A stretch of 64,000 nucleotides of DNA from Rhizophagus irregularis (GCF_026210795.1 NC_089433.1:4898001-4962000); one strand, 5' to 3'; shown: positions 27,113 to 40,470, counted from the stretch's first letter. A program made the numbers and translations. Notes: generated by a model from the letters alone, not told the origin.

Positions 27113-28504
27113 TGGTCGTCATCTGCATCGGTTCAAATCACATGACCCAAAAAAGAAACGTATTCATACATGCTGCCAGTTTTTAAAAACCGGATTTTTT
27201 TCAAAATTTTTTCTTTGTTCTCTTCAGCTTTAAGCTCAGAATTTTTTCCCTTCCTTCCGGCTCTTTTAAGGTTGGGGTTTTTTTTAATAATTTTAATAAT
27301 TTTTTTTCCTTTCACGGTTTTTTAAAACTGTTTTAATTTATTTTTTTTCTTTTGCCTTTTTTCATTTTTCATTTTTGTTCTTTCCCCTTTGGTTTGGATC
27401 AGTTATCGGATTAACGCTGTGGTGCTATGGTGAACGCCTTTATTTTCATTTGCACGAATATACAGTATATAGGCAAAAAATAAATTTTGGACTCAAGATC
27501 AAAAGTCCACTCTCCGAATAGCTCGTTAGGTATTTAATTAAAAAAAAACAGTGTATAGAGTATATTTATGAATAATGGTCGTTGTTAATAATTTATATTA
27601 ATATTAATAAAAATTCGTATGTATTTATCCAATTAAGCTGACATAACTTTGAATGTTTAATGTATTTTTTCATCTTATAATGGCAGAATGTTCAAACTTT
27701 ACTGTGAGTTTGAATTTGTTTATTACATAATAATCTATGAAAATAATATCGGGATTCTAACTAACTAATTAAAATTGTGATATTCTTGATCACGATTTTG
27801 ATGACTCATTTTCTTTGAAAAATTACATTCAATTTTTACTCGAAGTATTGTGATCAAAGTAATCATGTGTTTTACACGTACTATCTGAGCTTAACATTGA
27901 TTACTTGCAACTGATTGTTTTTCGTGTTTTCGCGTTTTCACATGTATTACGGGAGATCTGAAAGTATATGAGTCATTGCAAATGAGTCATGAGTCATGAG
28001 TGTTTGTATACCAAAAAATATGTATAAAAGGCCCTACTATTTATACTTTATTGGTTAGTCTTCTCTTTTTTTAGGCTTCCTCTTTTTTTCAAACTTTTTT
28101 ACTTTTCTTTTTTCTCTTTCTTTTTTCGGTCTTTTTTTAGGGCGTGGGTGTGTTAGAGTAATATATTTTGTTAAGTCATTCATTTTGTTAACTTAAGTTC
28201 TCCCTCTTTTTTATGTCACCTCTTTTTTTCAAACTTTTCTTTTTTTCTAGGTCTTTTTTTTCGGTCTTCTCAATAAAATTACGTGATATGATTTATTTTC
28301 AGAAAAATACATGTGCAAAACGTATTATTTGATTTGTCTTCTCTCTTTTTTCAGTCTTCATACTTTTTATTAGGTCTTCTCTTTTTTTTCAGACCTTTTC
28401 TTTCTTTCAAGTTTTGCCTTCTCTTTTTTAGGACTCCGATTTTTTTCAGTCTTTTTCTTTCTTCCAAGTTTTGTCCTTTCTTTTTTTGGGTTTATTTTTC
28501 TCAG

Positions 28505-28810
28505 ACTTCTCTTTTTCATCCTTTTTTTTTTATTTCGTCATCCTTTTTTTTTCATTTCGTCGTCCTTTTTTTCATTTCGTCATCCTTTTTTTTCGGTTTG
28601 TCATCCTTTTTTTTATTCGTCATCCTTTTTTTTTCGTTTTGTCATCCTTTTTTTTCATTTTGTCATCTTTTTTTTGTTTTGTCGTCCCTTTTTTTTGTTT
28701 CGTCATCTTTTTTTTTTCATTTCATCATCCTTTTTTTTTGTTTCATCGTCTTTTTTTCACTTCATCATCTTTTTTCTTTCGTTTTGTCATCTATTTTTTG
28801 TCATCTTTTT
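28505..28810. repeat. Pyrimidine-rich ~20-bp tandem array (TTTTTTTCATTTCGTCATCC)n
   Basis: Directly visible; generates the Phe-rich spurious ORFs. Confidence 0.85.
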
Positions 28811-29974
28811 TTAGGTCTATCTTCTCTCTGTCTAGGTCTTCTCTTTATTGGGTCTTCTTTTGGCCAAAGGTATGTTGAACTGTTTTTCGTAAAGCTATCT
28901 GGTGAAGGTGAACAAGTGGATGCAATGATCAAGGAAGTTACGGCAACCTTGTGAGCTGGCAGGTTTATCTATGATAACTCTGTTATCTGACGGACCTGGC
29001 TGAGATACGAATAAGATCTTCTCAGTGTTGAGGTCTACTATTCCACAATGAGGAATAGTTATGTGTCTTCCTCAACTTTGACTCATGCAATTGATTTGTT
29101 CTCATTGAGGACTTTGGATTCAGAGAACTGGAAGCGCTTCGTGGCCACAGTTTTACTGTGAACGTCCTTCTCTGTTTTCAGAATTTCTGGATGATAACAA
29201 ATCTCTTGTGTGTCCAGGAGAGATGTCAGTGAAAGGACACAATAACCTAAAGCTGTGTTTTTGTAAGTTCTTTCAAACAGATACTTGTAGCTATACCTTT
29301 TATTGTGCAGTTTTCAGGAACGGACGGTGAAAATATCGACACTAATATATAGGAAGAAGATCCGAACTGCTTTGTTATGTTACTTGATACTTTAGAAGGA
29401 TACTGCCTCACATCACTACCAGATGGTGGAATGAAATTCTTAAGTTGAGTACTTAGCAAAAGCTAATCATCCTTTTTAATTTATAGATGTCCTGCAAGAA
29501 ATTTGTAATAACAACATTTAGTTAAAATGAAGTGTTGGAGGAAAAAATATGTTTTTTGTAATAATAATAATTTCTAATTTTTTTTTTTATTTCAAATTAA
29601 TTTCAAAATGTAATTTCATCATTTTGGTCAAATAAATCATCTTTTGTTATTTATATGGAAAGCTACTTAAATATTAATTTAGAAAAAATTTAAAAATTTT
29701 ACAATTTGGTTTTTTATAAAATCATGTATAATAAAATTTATTGGCATTTTTTATTTTTTTATTATTATTATAAAATAGAATATAATACAAAATAAAAAAT
29801 TTTTTATAAGTAAGAAAATACAAATTGGTTTTTTAAAATTAATAATACTAAAAAATTACTAGTGTTAAATAGTATTCTATTATATTTTGTATGATTAGAA
29901 CTTTATACCAACTGAATATGTAATTTTTTTAAATTTACAAATTACATATTTATCATTTTTTACTATTAATTGGT

Positions 29975-30450
29975 CCTTCAATGACCATCATGATCGGATG
30001 ATCCTCTAATAATGTGAGAATGATAATAATATTTTTCATAGTAAGAACTATCATGATCCTCCAATAATGTGAGGACAATGATGTCCTCCATGGTAAGGAC
30101 CATCATGGTCCTCTAATAATGCGAGGACAATAATGTCCTCCATGGTGAGGATCATCATGGTCCTCCAATAATGTGCGTACAATAATGTCCTCCATGTTGA
30201 GGACTATCATGTTCCTCCAATAATGCGCGGACAATAATGTCCTCCATTGGTGAGGACCATCATGGTCCTCCAATAATGTGCGGACAATAATGTCCTCCAT
30301 GGTGAGGACCACCATGGTCCTACAAAGTGAGGATAGTAATGTCCTCCATAATAATGAGGACTAACATGGTCTATTGTCCTCAATATGAGAATGATAATGT
30401 CCTTGATGGTGAGGTTCAGTATGGTCCGTTATTATGGACAATAATATCTT
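29975..30450. repeat. 52-bp minisatellite with internal inverted motifs
   Basis: Unit CCATCATGGTCCTCCAATAATGTGCGGACAATAATGTCCTCCATGGTGAGGA, about 5 good copies plus degenerate flanking copies. Confidence 0.85.
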
Positions 30451-31287
30451 TACTTTTAGACCAATCAGAACCCGTGGGCTGTATATGCCCATGGGTAGTT
30501 TATAAGCTAGGATCTGGTGCGCAAACACATTCTTTGTAACGCTTTATTTTTAGCAACACATTTTGTAACACTTTGTCACCATTTATATATACAGTATATG
30601 TGAACAGTAATAGTACATTGGTACATCATCTATTTCATCAATTCAATGATTTAACGTGTAAAAATGCTCTTATATATTTTAGTTTTATTTTCTTTTTATG
30701 AAAATATTGCTCACATATAATACGTTTGATAAATTTGAGAAAATAAAATTTTATTTGTCCCAGGAAATCAGAGATCGACACATATTTACGTCTTCAAGGC
30801 ATGATGTAATTTCACCTGAAATAAAGAGCAACATGACCGTTCTTCGGCAATATCTGTAGTTCGGTCTTAAAAATCTTGGATATCAACCGCGGCAGTGCCC
30901 TATTTCAAAGACTAATTGATATTCTTGTAATGACATGTATTTTTAATATTGATTTATGATTCAATCTTTTTGAAATAAATACAGTAGATTGATACGAATT
31001 TATATTAAAATATTTACAACTAAATTTATTATGAAATCAATATAGATTAAAATAAATAAATTAATTAATAATTAGTTTAACTAGTTATAGTATCATAAAA
31101 TATCATATAAATAAAATCAACCGACTTGCTCACAGACTTAGGATATTAGCTAAATTTGGATGCATATTTTTTTTTTTAAATGGATGAGAATGAAAAAGGA
31201 TTTGGCAACTAGGAACGAATAAATAAACGCAATATTCTTGATGAAATGATGGCTTTACTATTCCGGTTACTGAATAAATTTTGAAGA

Positions 31288-32193
31288 TTATACATTGGAT
31301 GGAAGTTTAGGCAATTTGAGCTTTTCTTGTGTTAAAGGCGGCTGCAAAGTGGGTAATACGTAAAGATTTTGTTGATAAAAAAGAGGTCGGGGAAGATCCA
31401 CGGTAGAATCAGAAGGATTATTAAAGATATAAGAGATGGTAGGCAATGATGGACGATTTTGTGGGCTAAAAGTAAAAGGATAATTATAAGTGGTAAAAGT
31501 TCTTGTAGAGGTAGGAATGTTTGTAATATTAGAAGGAGATGACAAAATCACGTCATTATCTGTTCCCTTTTTACATCTTTGTTTTGAATACCAATGATTT
31601 TTTAACATATTCTCAGATCGGTAAAGACCAAATTGATTTTTTAAATCTTGACGCAGGTTTTTCCAACAAATTGTACCATCTTCTGTTCTATTGAGCGAAA
31701 TCCAATTATCAATATATTGTTTTTCATAATCATATAAATTATGTTGACATACTATAAATAAAGTAAATTAAATTTACTCTATTTTTTTTTATTAGAAAAA
31801 AAAAACTGACGAAATTATATGTTCTTACCTTCAGGATCGAGGTAATTGCGCCAATAATGACAAAGTTGACGAGCATTATATGTAAATATTTTGGTTAATT
31901 TTGCGAATGGATCGCGTGTTCCAACACGTTTCAATTCAACCATATGATTTAAAAACATTTTCTTCTATAAAATTTATTGAATATACAATACCGTAAATTA
32001 GTGTCACCAGTTCTTGTCTATTACAAGTAACACTCACAAAGGTGTTTAAGAATACGAATAATTATTATATTTATTATATAATTAGTATATGAATTTAACA
32101 AAAAAAAATAATATTTAAAAGATCACTTGCAAAAAATAAGCTACCAAAAAAAAAAATTCTACTTACTTCTTCTTCAGATAAAACCACTTTCAT
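31288..32193 (-). CDS. Myb/SANT-like two-repeat DNA-binding protein (exons 32193-32167, 31964-31829, 31751-31288)
   Basis: Spliced product MKVVLSEEEKKMFL...YNARQLCHYWRNYLDPEVC...EKQYIDNWI...WKNLRQDL...RSENMLKNHWYS, then a P/S-rich tail. Confidence 0.85.
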
Positions 32194-33435
32194 TTTTTAA
32201 GTTGCGAATAATGTATTATTAACGTAAATTTAATATTTATATTTGGATATTAGATAAAGACGGTTTTAAAATTTATGAGTCATAGATAAATATTATGATC
32301 ACACAACATCACACGGCAACAAATATTAAATTATCTGTTTATGTCATAAGGTATTAATAAGAATTCAAAAATTATTAAGTGGTCTAAAAATAGAAGATTT
32401 TAATGATTATGTCACACAAAGTTAACAATCAAAAATCCGTAACACTAAACATTGCTTCAATAATTGTTTATTACAATAAGAATTTTATTTGTAAAATCAG
32501 AAGCATAATCAATATTTATTAATTTCTGTCTTACGCAATTAAACCTTTTCATAACATCATCTGTTTGTGTGAATGTATCAAATTTGCAGCAGCATAAATA
32601 ATTTAACAAATTAGATGAGATTATTTACATTTTATAACTTGATAAGTTGCGGATAAATATTTTGGCATTAATCATTATGTAGCTTATTAATTATGGTCTC
32701 AAGTAAAAGTAGTCGTTTTGCAAGTGAAAATTGTAAAACCTTGATTACTTTATAAGATAATAACTGAACATATTTTTATTTACGAACAATTGTCTAAATA
32801 ATATGTTAATTTAAATGTTATTTAACTTTTTCTTAACTTCTGGCACCCAGTTTCTATAACCTTTTGGTACCCACATCAGTTCCTGTATTATTTATTTTAT
32901 AATTATCAAGATAAAGACGTCCACAATTATTAAGCAATAACAGGTGCGGCAACAACAAGTATATTATTCATCTACAATTACTTTCACTCCAAAATCTATT
33001 ACAACTTGAACACCGTTTAACACATCCTTGTTCTAGAACAACTCCTACATTTTTCATTAAATGATAAAATAACACCCACCTACAATACGGACCACCAGCA
33101 GCTGCGGGTCTAGCGGTTGTAGACGGGAAAAAGCATGATTTGGTTTCGACACTTTGCATCTAATGACTTATAATTCCATATTCATAGAGTGTGCTACTTA
33201 AGTATACTTATTCAATAGAATAAATTATTCATTGCCATTTTTTAAAAATGAATGTCATCGTTCCTGTAACATTTAAATACTTTAACCGCAGTAAAGCATG
33301 TGACTTTACGTTACTCAAATAGCCGCAGGCGCAGACCATTCTACCTTCCTTTTTTGAATATTGTGTGACTATATGTATTCATTTAAATAACCATTTAAAA
33401 CCGAAAAAAAAATAAAAAAAAATACAAATAAAATA

Positions 33436-34803
33436 ATGTCCAAATTAAACGGAGATATTCTTTATTTGATATTTAAAGAGTTACATAATGACAAAAATAC
33501 TCTTTATTCTTGTCTTTTAATTAATAAAACTTGGTGTGAGATAATTATTCCAACTCTATGGAAAAATCCTTGGAAACATTTAAATTACCAAAAGGTGAAA
33601 GTTTTATTGGATGTTATAATTTCTCATTTTTCAGATGAAAAAAGAAATATTTTAAAGAGTCAAAACATTTATTTTCCAACCAATTCATATAAAAGACCAT
33701 TATTTAATTATATTAGTTTTTGTAAACATTTAAATTTAAATGTTATTAGAAAAATAATTGTAAATTTGGGAGTTGATTGTATTTTAAATGAAATTATTTG
33801 TCTTTTTATAAATGAAAATACAAAATTTACACACCTTTATATACCTCGAAATTTTGTTCATTATATACACCTTATTCCTGGAGCTGAGCATTGTTTCTCA
33901 AATATCGAATTCCTTAGTTGTTATGCGAATATAGATTATTATTTATTGAATGGATTAAAAACGATGTGTAAATCAATTAAAGAATTGGAAATTATTCATG
34001 AGGAGTGTAATAATTATGATATTTCTGAATTAATTAGAACTCAAGAATCTATACTTAATTTTAGTTTTATATCTAATAATATGATAAATGATATGTCATT
34101 TTGCCAATTCCTTGAAAAATCTTTGATTAAACATGCAAATACTATACAACATTTTAAGATGACTAAACCTCCTGCTACGCAAATTCTATCATATTTCACT
34201 AATTTAAAAAGTTTAGAATTGAGCAATCGTTATTATTATTCTGACCAATTATTAAAAAATTTATCTTTACCATTCTTACAAATTTTATATGTCAATTATA
34301 TTCCAGTTATATTATTAGTACCCTTGATTGAAAATACAGATGGTTATCTTAATGAAATAGCTATTTATGATATTAAATATAATGATATTGATTGTAAAAG
34401 AATTATTCAGGCTATTTATACTAAATGTCCAAACCTTAAATATCTTAAGCTTAATTTAAGTAATTATGCTATTTTTGAATTAGAAAAGTTATTAATTAAT
34501 TGTCAATATTTAACTGGATTGTTTATTATTAAGAGTGGTATTTTTAATTGGGATACTTGTTTTGAAATATTATCTAAATCATCGCCAATTGGTTTGTGCA
34601 AGTTTAAATTTGGTTATTTTTGTAATAATATTGAATCAAAATCTTTTAAATCATTTTTTGATAATTGGAAAGGTAGATATCCTATGTTATTACAATTTAG
34701 TCAATTAAATTTAAAAAATTATAATAGCTTAATAGAAAAATACAAGAAAAGAGGAATTATTAAAAAATTTGAAAATGATAAATTTGGAGATTTTGAATGG
34801 TAG
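33436..34803 (+). CDS. F-box-like / RNI(LRR)-like protein, 455 aa
   Basis: MSKLNGDILYLIF...LYSCLLINKTWCEIIIPTLWKNP F-box motif; CPNLKYLKL repeats; single exon. Confidence 0.9.
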   Translation: MSKLNGDILYLIFKELHNDKNTLYSCLLINKTWCEIIIPTLWKNPWKHLNYQKVKVLLDVIISHFSDEKRNILKSQNIYFPTNSYKRPLFNYISFCKHLNLNVIRKIIVNLGVDCILNEIICLFINENTKFTHLYIPRNFVHYIHLIPGAEHCFSNIEFLSCYANIDYYLLNGLKTMCKSIKELEIIHEECNNYDISELIRTQESILNFSFISNNMINDMSFCQFLEKSLIKHANTIQHFKMTKPPATQILSYFTNLKSLELSNRYYYSDQLLKNLSLPFLQILYVNYIPVILLVPLIENTDGYLNEIAIYDIKYNDIDCKRIIQAIYTKCPNLKYLKLNLSNYAIFELEKLLINCQYLTGLFIIKSGIFNWDTCFEILSKSSPIGLCKFKFGYFCNNIESKSFKSFFDNWKGRYPMLLQFSQLNLKNYNSLIEKYKKRGIIKKFENDKFGDFEW

Positions 34804-35559
34804 AATTTTAAATATATATTATCAGAAAATGTTGTATAAAAATGATAGTTATTTTATATATTTCTTATTAAAATTTTAACCTTTTATTTTATTTTACTAT
34901 AAGCATAATAAACTTATTTGTTTAAATTTTCTTTATATAAGGTACTGTATATAAAGTATATAAACTGATCCAATACATATGTTCAATTAACAATAACATA
35001 AATGGGAAAATTTCGGGTTGCTATGATAGTAATCGCTATTGTGTCATATATTTTCACATCTCAAACTACTTGAAAAGCAAATAATTCTTATTTCTTGAAA
35101 AGTGCTCCTTTTGAAAAGAAAATTGGCATACAATAATTTTGTAATCTCTCGATTTATAAATTTTGATTAGAATAATTTTTCATTATTTTACATAAAAATT
35201 ATATTATGCTAGGTTATATAATTTAATATTTTGTTTAATAATTATACATTTTTAAAAAGTTCAATTTTGCATATATTACTTCTTTTTTTTTTGTAAAAAT
35301 TCGATTTAATTTTAAAATAAAAATAATTCATTTTTAAGGTTAAATCTACCTTGTGTAGTGTGATTTTCATTCAAGATAAAAATTTTTAGTAATTCCTTTT
35401 TTTATCCAAATATTAAATACATGTATTCTCTTTTAGAGTTATTTAAACACTAGAGATAGATTAGTAAATATTCTACAAATTTCTTAGTTTGTAATTTAAA
35501 TAAATTTTTTTTTTAACTTTTTCAATTATTTAATGTAAATCAAAATAATAAGTAGAGGA

Positions 35560-35770
35560 TCTGAGATATTTGAAATAAGGATATTGAGGTTCGAATATTT
35601 GGGATTCGGAATTCGAGAAATAGGATTTCAGGAAATTGAAGTTCGGGAAATATATAAGGATTCGGGAAATTGTATGTTTCAGAAAAGGTCAGTTCGGGAA
35701 ATTAGTATTCAGGCAATTGACTTCGGGAAAAGATATATTCATGAAAATGGCATTCAGGAAATGGCCCGAA
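35560..35770. repeat. TTCGGGAAA subterminal-type repeat array (transposon end remnant)
   Basis: Repeated TTC(G/A)GGAAA; closely matches 40360-40455. Confidence 0.6.
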
Positions 35771-35939
35771 AATGCTTTATAATTATAGGCTTGGTACACA
35801 TGCACTTGTGTATTTTCAAGTTTTAATTTTTTTACATACTACCATAACAATAAGAAAACAGAAATGTCAGTTAAACTAATCTTCCTCTTATTCCATTAGA
35901 AACAAATATGAATATTAAATGATAATACCTAATACTTTA

Positions 35940-36071
35940 CAGAAACTTCAAGATCGTAGCGATGGCTTAATGCGCAGTAACTGCATATATGTAATTTCTT
36001 TACGATTACATAATGTGGTCACTATGTATTTATAACGCAGTTACTGCGCATTAAGCCATCGCTACGTTCTG
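35940..36071. mobile_element. Tc1/mariner-type hairpin MITE
   Basis: TA-CAGAA...TTCTG-TA; arms CGTAGCGATGGCTTAATGCGCAGTAACTGC inverted; the left arm has a ~10-bp insertion. Confidence 0.75.
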
Positions 36072-36373
36072 TAAAGTAGCTAGTATGGATCTCGATTCAA
36101 TTAATTTAGTTGGTAATATTTTAAATAGATTATAAGAGGAGATAAATATTAATGTTAATTTAAAAAGTAGTAAGCGCAATAAAGGAAAGTGGAATTTGAT
36201 TTTTAATACATAAAAATAAATAATAATTTTCGAACTTGTTAACGTCAAGCCGTATCTACAACGTAACACAATATAGCGCAACTTGAGATACGTCACTAAT
36301 CAAATCATTATATATGTAAAATAAAGAATTATGTAAAAAAAAAAAAATAATAATATATTATCTCTTTCTATCT

Positions 36374-37735
36374 TTATAAACATTTATCTAATAAAGATTG
36401 AGTAGGAAATTTTAATATAGGAAAATCCTTATCATTTACAAAAAAACCTATATTACCACCAAGAGAAGATTTAACATGTGGATGAGCCTTTCTTTTACAA
36501 CTACCTAATCTAAAAGAATCTTCAAGAGATCCAGCCAATTCAAAACCAATTTTCTTATTTAAAATTCGACCTTTGAGTATTTTTACACCAAAACCTAATT
36601 GTGTTTTTAATGTAGCAGTAATAATAGCAAAAGCTTTGGCACTAGCACTTGGAATATGTGCATTAACTATAGGTTCGAACCCGGATTGCTCAAAATTTGG
36701 TAGGCCTTTAAATGATGCCTTAGCACTAAAATTTGGTAAACTAAAATTACCACCAAATCCAAGAGTTGCTTTTGCATCCGCAAGAGCATCAGCTGCAGCA
36801 ACAAGATCAATTTCAGGGCCAAGTTCTAATAAACCTGGTATCTTAAAATCACCTGTTTTAAAATTTATAATAGGAGAATTTTCAGATGCTTTTTTACGTC
36901 TTTCAGGACTTATTTCTTTTGAAGCTTCAAGAGCAAAATCAAGGTTCATGAAAAAATTTCCACTAAGAGTAATTGAAGCTTCTTTCAATTTAGGAGGAAA
37001 AATTTTACCTCTAATTCTCAATGCAAGAGTAGCTTCACCTTTCGTAAAACAATTAGCGCAAAGCAATTTAATATCATTATTATTTATAAGTGATATATCT
37101 GGTTTTGAAGATTTATCACTTTTTGAGTCAAATAAGATATTTAAACTTATTTTATTACTAATATTAATTGTTGGAAATGAAATACCGAATCTTTCTTCTA
37201 GACTGCGATGAGTATTATTCTTTGTTTGTTTCCCTTCGACCCAATTAAAATTGATATCGTAATCTTCTGAATTGTGTGGAAAATCGCAATTCATAATAAC
37301 AAAAGTTGCAACTAATTTAGATTCATCTATAACTCTATCAGTAGCCGTAAAAAATTGGGTAGACCTTTTACCAAAACATTTCCATTTATGAGAAATTAAT
37401 AACATAATTCTTTCAGGCCATTTCTTAACATCCTTAACCGCTTTTTTGTCCTTTAAGCTGAAAGCAATTTTTCTTTTACCATTTGCCTCTGTTTTACAAA
37501 TAACACTTTCTACACCACTTTGATCAGGATTAAATGATGGTAAATTGGTTTTTAAATTAAATTCTGCCTTATGATATCCTTCTGAAGAATCACTAACTTG
37601 TTGACTATAGACAGCACTAAGTAACTTTGTTGTTTTAAAATTTTTGTTACCCATAATAACATCAAAATCTTTTGATGCGGTAACAATTCCAAAAAAGAAA
37701 AGGAGTAAAAGCGAATTTAAAATGAACTTGATCAT
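36374..37735 (-). CDS. Secreted beta-rich protein, 453 aa (fungal family with LLCANCFTKG motif)
   Basis: Long single ORF, hydrophobic signal peptide MIKFILNSLLLLFFFGIVTA, paired cysteines; function unknown. Confidence 0.85.
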   Translation of the reverse strand: MIKFILNSLLLLFFFGIVTASKDFDVIMGNKNFKTTKLLSAVYSQQVSDSSEGYHKAEFNLKTNLPSFNPDQSGVESVICKTEANGKRKIAFSLKDKKAVKDVKKWPERIMLLISHKWKCFGKRSTQFFTATDRVIDESKLVATFVIMNCDFPHNSEDYDINFNWVEGKQTKNNTHRSLEERFGISFPTINISNKISLNILFDSKSDKSSKPDISLINNNDIKLLCANCFTKGEATLALRIRGKIFPPKLKEASITLSGNFFMNLDFALEASKEISPERRKKASENSPIINFKTGDFKIPGLLELGPEIDLVAAADALADAKATLGFGGNFSLPNFSAKASFKGLPNFEQSGFEPIVNAHIPSASAKAFAIITATLKTQLGFGVKILKGRILNKKIGFELAGSLEDSFRLGSCKRKAHPHVKSSLGGNIGFFVNDKDFPILKFPTQSLLDKCL

Positions 37736-38000
37736 TTTTATTGAAAAAATTAGAAAAAATTACGAAATGTTTGTATTATATGTAAATAATAGATATAATG
37801 ATATTAGAATATATTTGCGTCAAAAGGAATGTTATTGAGTAATGTTTTTTTTTTCGTCGGATAAAGAAATTTTTTCAGGATTTATATTAATTATTTAAGG
37901 TTAACACAAGAAATCAGAATATCAGAAATTTCTTTTTGATAATCATTATAATAACGTAAAAAGAACAAACATTATTAATAATCTTTCATTCATTGAAGGT

Positions 38001-38760
38001 TATTCGGTACTAAACGAAATTTGCAAATCCGTACGGTACGGTTGATCAAATTCCAAAAATTTCGTACCGTACAGTATATACTATATTATAGAGCCAGTAC
38101 GGTTGATTTTTTTTTATATGACGTCTAATTATCCAAATAACCATTATATTAAATGGACATTAAATGTTAATTAAATGGACGCTGGTATCCAAATAACGGT
38201 ACATTTAATCATATTCCCCGTAAAAAAGTCGATCCGTTTTTTATACTCCATCTTTTTTCCGTAAAAGGCTCATATTTCCGCTTATATCATGGAATTTATC
38301 AAATTATTTATATTTTCCGTGAATGAATCCGTGAAAGGCTCATTTTTACGGAGTTTTACAGTTATAAGAATTGATCATTTGGACACCAATATCTAATTCA
38401 TGTGATTATTTGGACAATGTCCATTTTACATGCGGTTATTTGGACATCAATTTTATTTAATATTTGAGCATCAGGACATCAATGTCCATTTAATATAGTG
38501 GTTATTTTCTCTTTTCACATTTACTGAATAAAGAAATGCGTTTACGCTTGTTGTAAAAAAAATAATAATAATATAGTGGAGTGGTTATTTGAATATCACA
38601 CATAAAAAAAAGAAAAAAAATTTTATTAACTGTACCATACTTTACTGGCTAAGTATATATAGGTATATAGGGCAAGTACGGTACGGTACGAATTCTTTGG
38701 AATTTTTGGAAATTGATCAATCGTACCGTACAGGTTTTCAAAATCGTACCGTATTGAATA
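38001..38760. mobile_element. Long-TIR non-autonomous element with an inner inverted-repeat element
   Basis: ~120-bp imperfect arms rich in CGTACGGTACG/CGTACCGTAC; inner pair ATAACCATTATATTAAATGGACATT (~38137) and AATGTCCATTTAATATAGTGGTTAT (~38481). Confidence 0.7.
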
Positions 38761-39759
38761 TCTATTATGAACACCATTTGTCCATTTCTTTCAAATTCTA
38801 ACGTTATAAAATTTAAATGTACTTTTTTTCTTAATTAAAAACAATAAAATTCATTCTAATAGATTCCGTAAAATATATTTCTATATATGTACTGCGTGGT
38901 TAATAAAGATCATTGAAAAAAAGCGGGGATAGACTAATCGGATATTTACTAAAATATATAAGATTTAATAAATATTTAATAAGCGATTAGAAAAATTTAA
39001 CTAGCTAATAAAGGAAAAGACTCGGAAAAATCAAAAGATTGAAAAAAAAGTGACAGCAAATTAATAGGCAGTAAGTAGTAGTTATTAAGTACATTTGAAA
39101 ATTGGAAACCTTAAAAACGAACATTTTCGTCATAAAAAAATAATTATAACCTTATGGTGCGATTCCAAGATTGGGAATAATTTGAAACCATAAGAAATTT
39201 CTTTTAACTTTATCGGATTAAAATTTAATAAATCAAACGGAAATTCCTTAAAAATTTTTTTTTTCTTTTTGTACGAACGAACGAAATTTCTATTTCTTTG
39301 CGTATTCTGAGATCCGATTGAATGGACTTTATTATTTCTTTGCTAATTAATGTTATTTTATTTTAAATTTTGTAATCAAATAATTTTTTGGCAGTCAACC
39401 ACTTTTATGTACCATATTGTCAAGCCAAAATGGAATCATTTATTAATTATGGAAATTGGAGCTTCAGGTATTCGGGGACAATGGCATCAGATGTAATTGA
39501 TTGTCTTATATGTTCCAAATTCTTTTATTTACTTTTTTTATTCTTTTAATTTTTATAATTTAATATAAACAAATAAGAACTTTTTTTTTAAAAAAAAAGA
39601 ATTATATTTAGAAAAGCTTTGAAAATCCTTTTAATTTTTATAATTAATATGAACGAATAAGAATTTTTTTTTTAAAAAAAAAATTATATTTAGAAAAAAG
39701 CTTTGAAGATCAATTTATTTTAATTAATCACGAAATCATTTACCTGATTGGCGAACTGG

Positions 39760-40455
39760 ACCCATTCCTAAAACATACAATTTCCCTGAATCCCGAATCC
39801 CGAATCCACAATATCCCGAATTCCAATATTCCACATGAGTTGCTATTTTTAAACTTTTTGCTAAATAATAATATTTGTTGAATTGCTAAATAAAAAATTA
39901 TTTTAAATTAGTAAATTTTGTGAAAAATGTCAAAAAATCACCGCGCGTGACACCAGCATTAGCAGATATTCATGACATTTTTAATTCTGACTAAAATTCT
40001 ACCAGTAGCAATACTCTTTTAGAATATCTTATAGATAGTGTATTGTTAGTAATTTTCCTATGTATATTGCGAAATTAACAAATGCCTAGTAATAGAAAAC
40101 TTCAATTCCAATAAATGTTATGGCACTTTTAAAATTTTTTAATAATATCGTCTTCATCTGATCTCTTTGAATAGATATATTGAATTATTACGCAATATTT
40201 TATAAACTAATATGTAATAAAATTTAAAAAATACAGTTTATTACTATATATATATTCCCTATAAAAAATTTTTCTGAAAAATGATCACGTGTCTGAGTTT
40301 CTTCGGAATAAAAACTAGAAAAATGATGAATTTTTTCCAGAATTTTTTTTTATAGGGATTTCAGAAAATTGCTCATTCAGGATATTAGGATTCAGATTTC
40401 TGGGATTCGGGAAATAGGATTTCAGAGAATTGAAGTTTGGAAAATAAGGATTATA
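39760..40455. mobile_element. Degenerate TIR element with inverted TTCGGGA/TCCCGAA arrays
   Basis: TCCCGAA repeats at 39781-39830 face TTCGGGA repeats at 40360-40455. Confidence 0.5.
40257..40357. mobile_element. 101-bp CMC/EnSpm-like mini element
   Basis: CCCTATAAAAAA...TTTTTTATAGGG termini with 3-bp TSD ATT. Confidence 0.8.
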
Positions 40456-40470
40456 CCATTGTACGACCAC

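Noticed and set aside
28313..28954. Phe-rich 213-aa and 135-aa ORFs
   Set aside because: Translation of T-rich tandem repeats.
29975..30450. CRISPR-like array
   Set aside because: Units are contiguous near-identical repeats without unique spacers; eukaryotic context and no cas genes.
36573..37211. 212-aa plus-strand ORF
   Set aside because: Antisense shadow of the 453-aa secreted protein.
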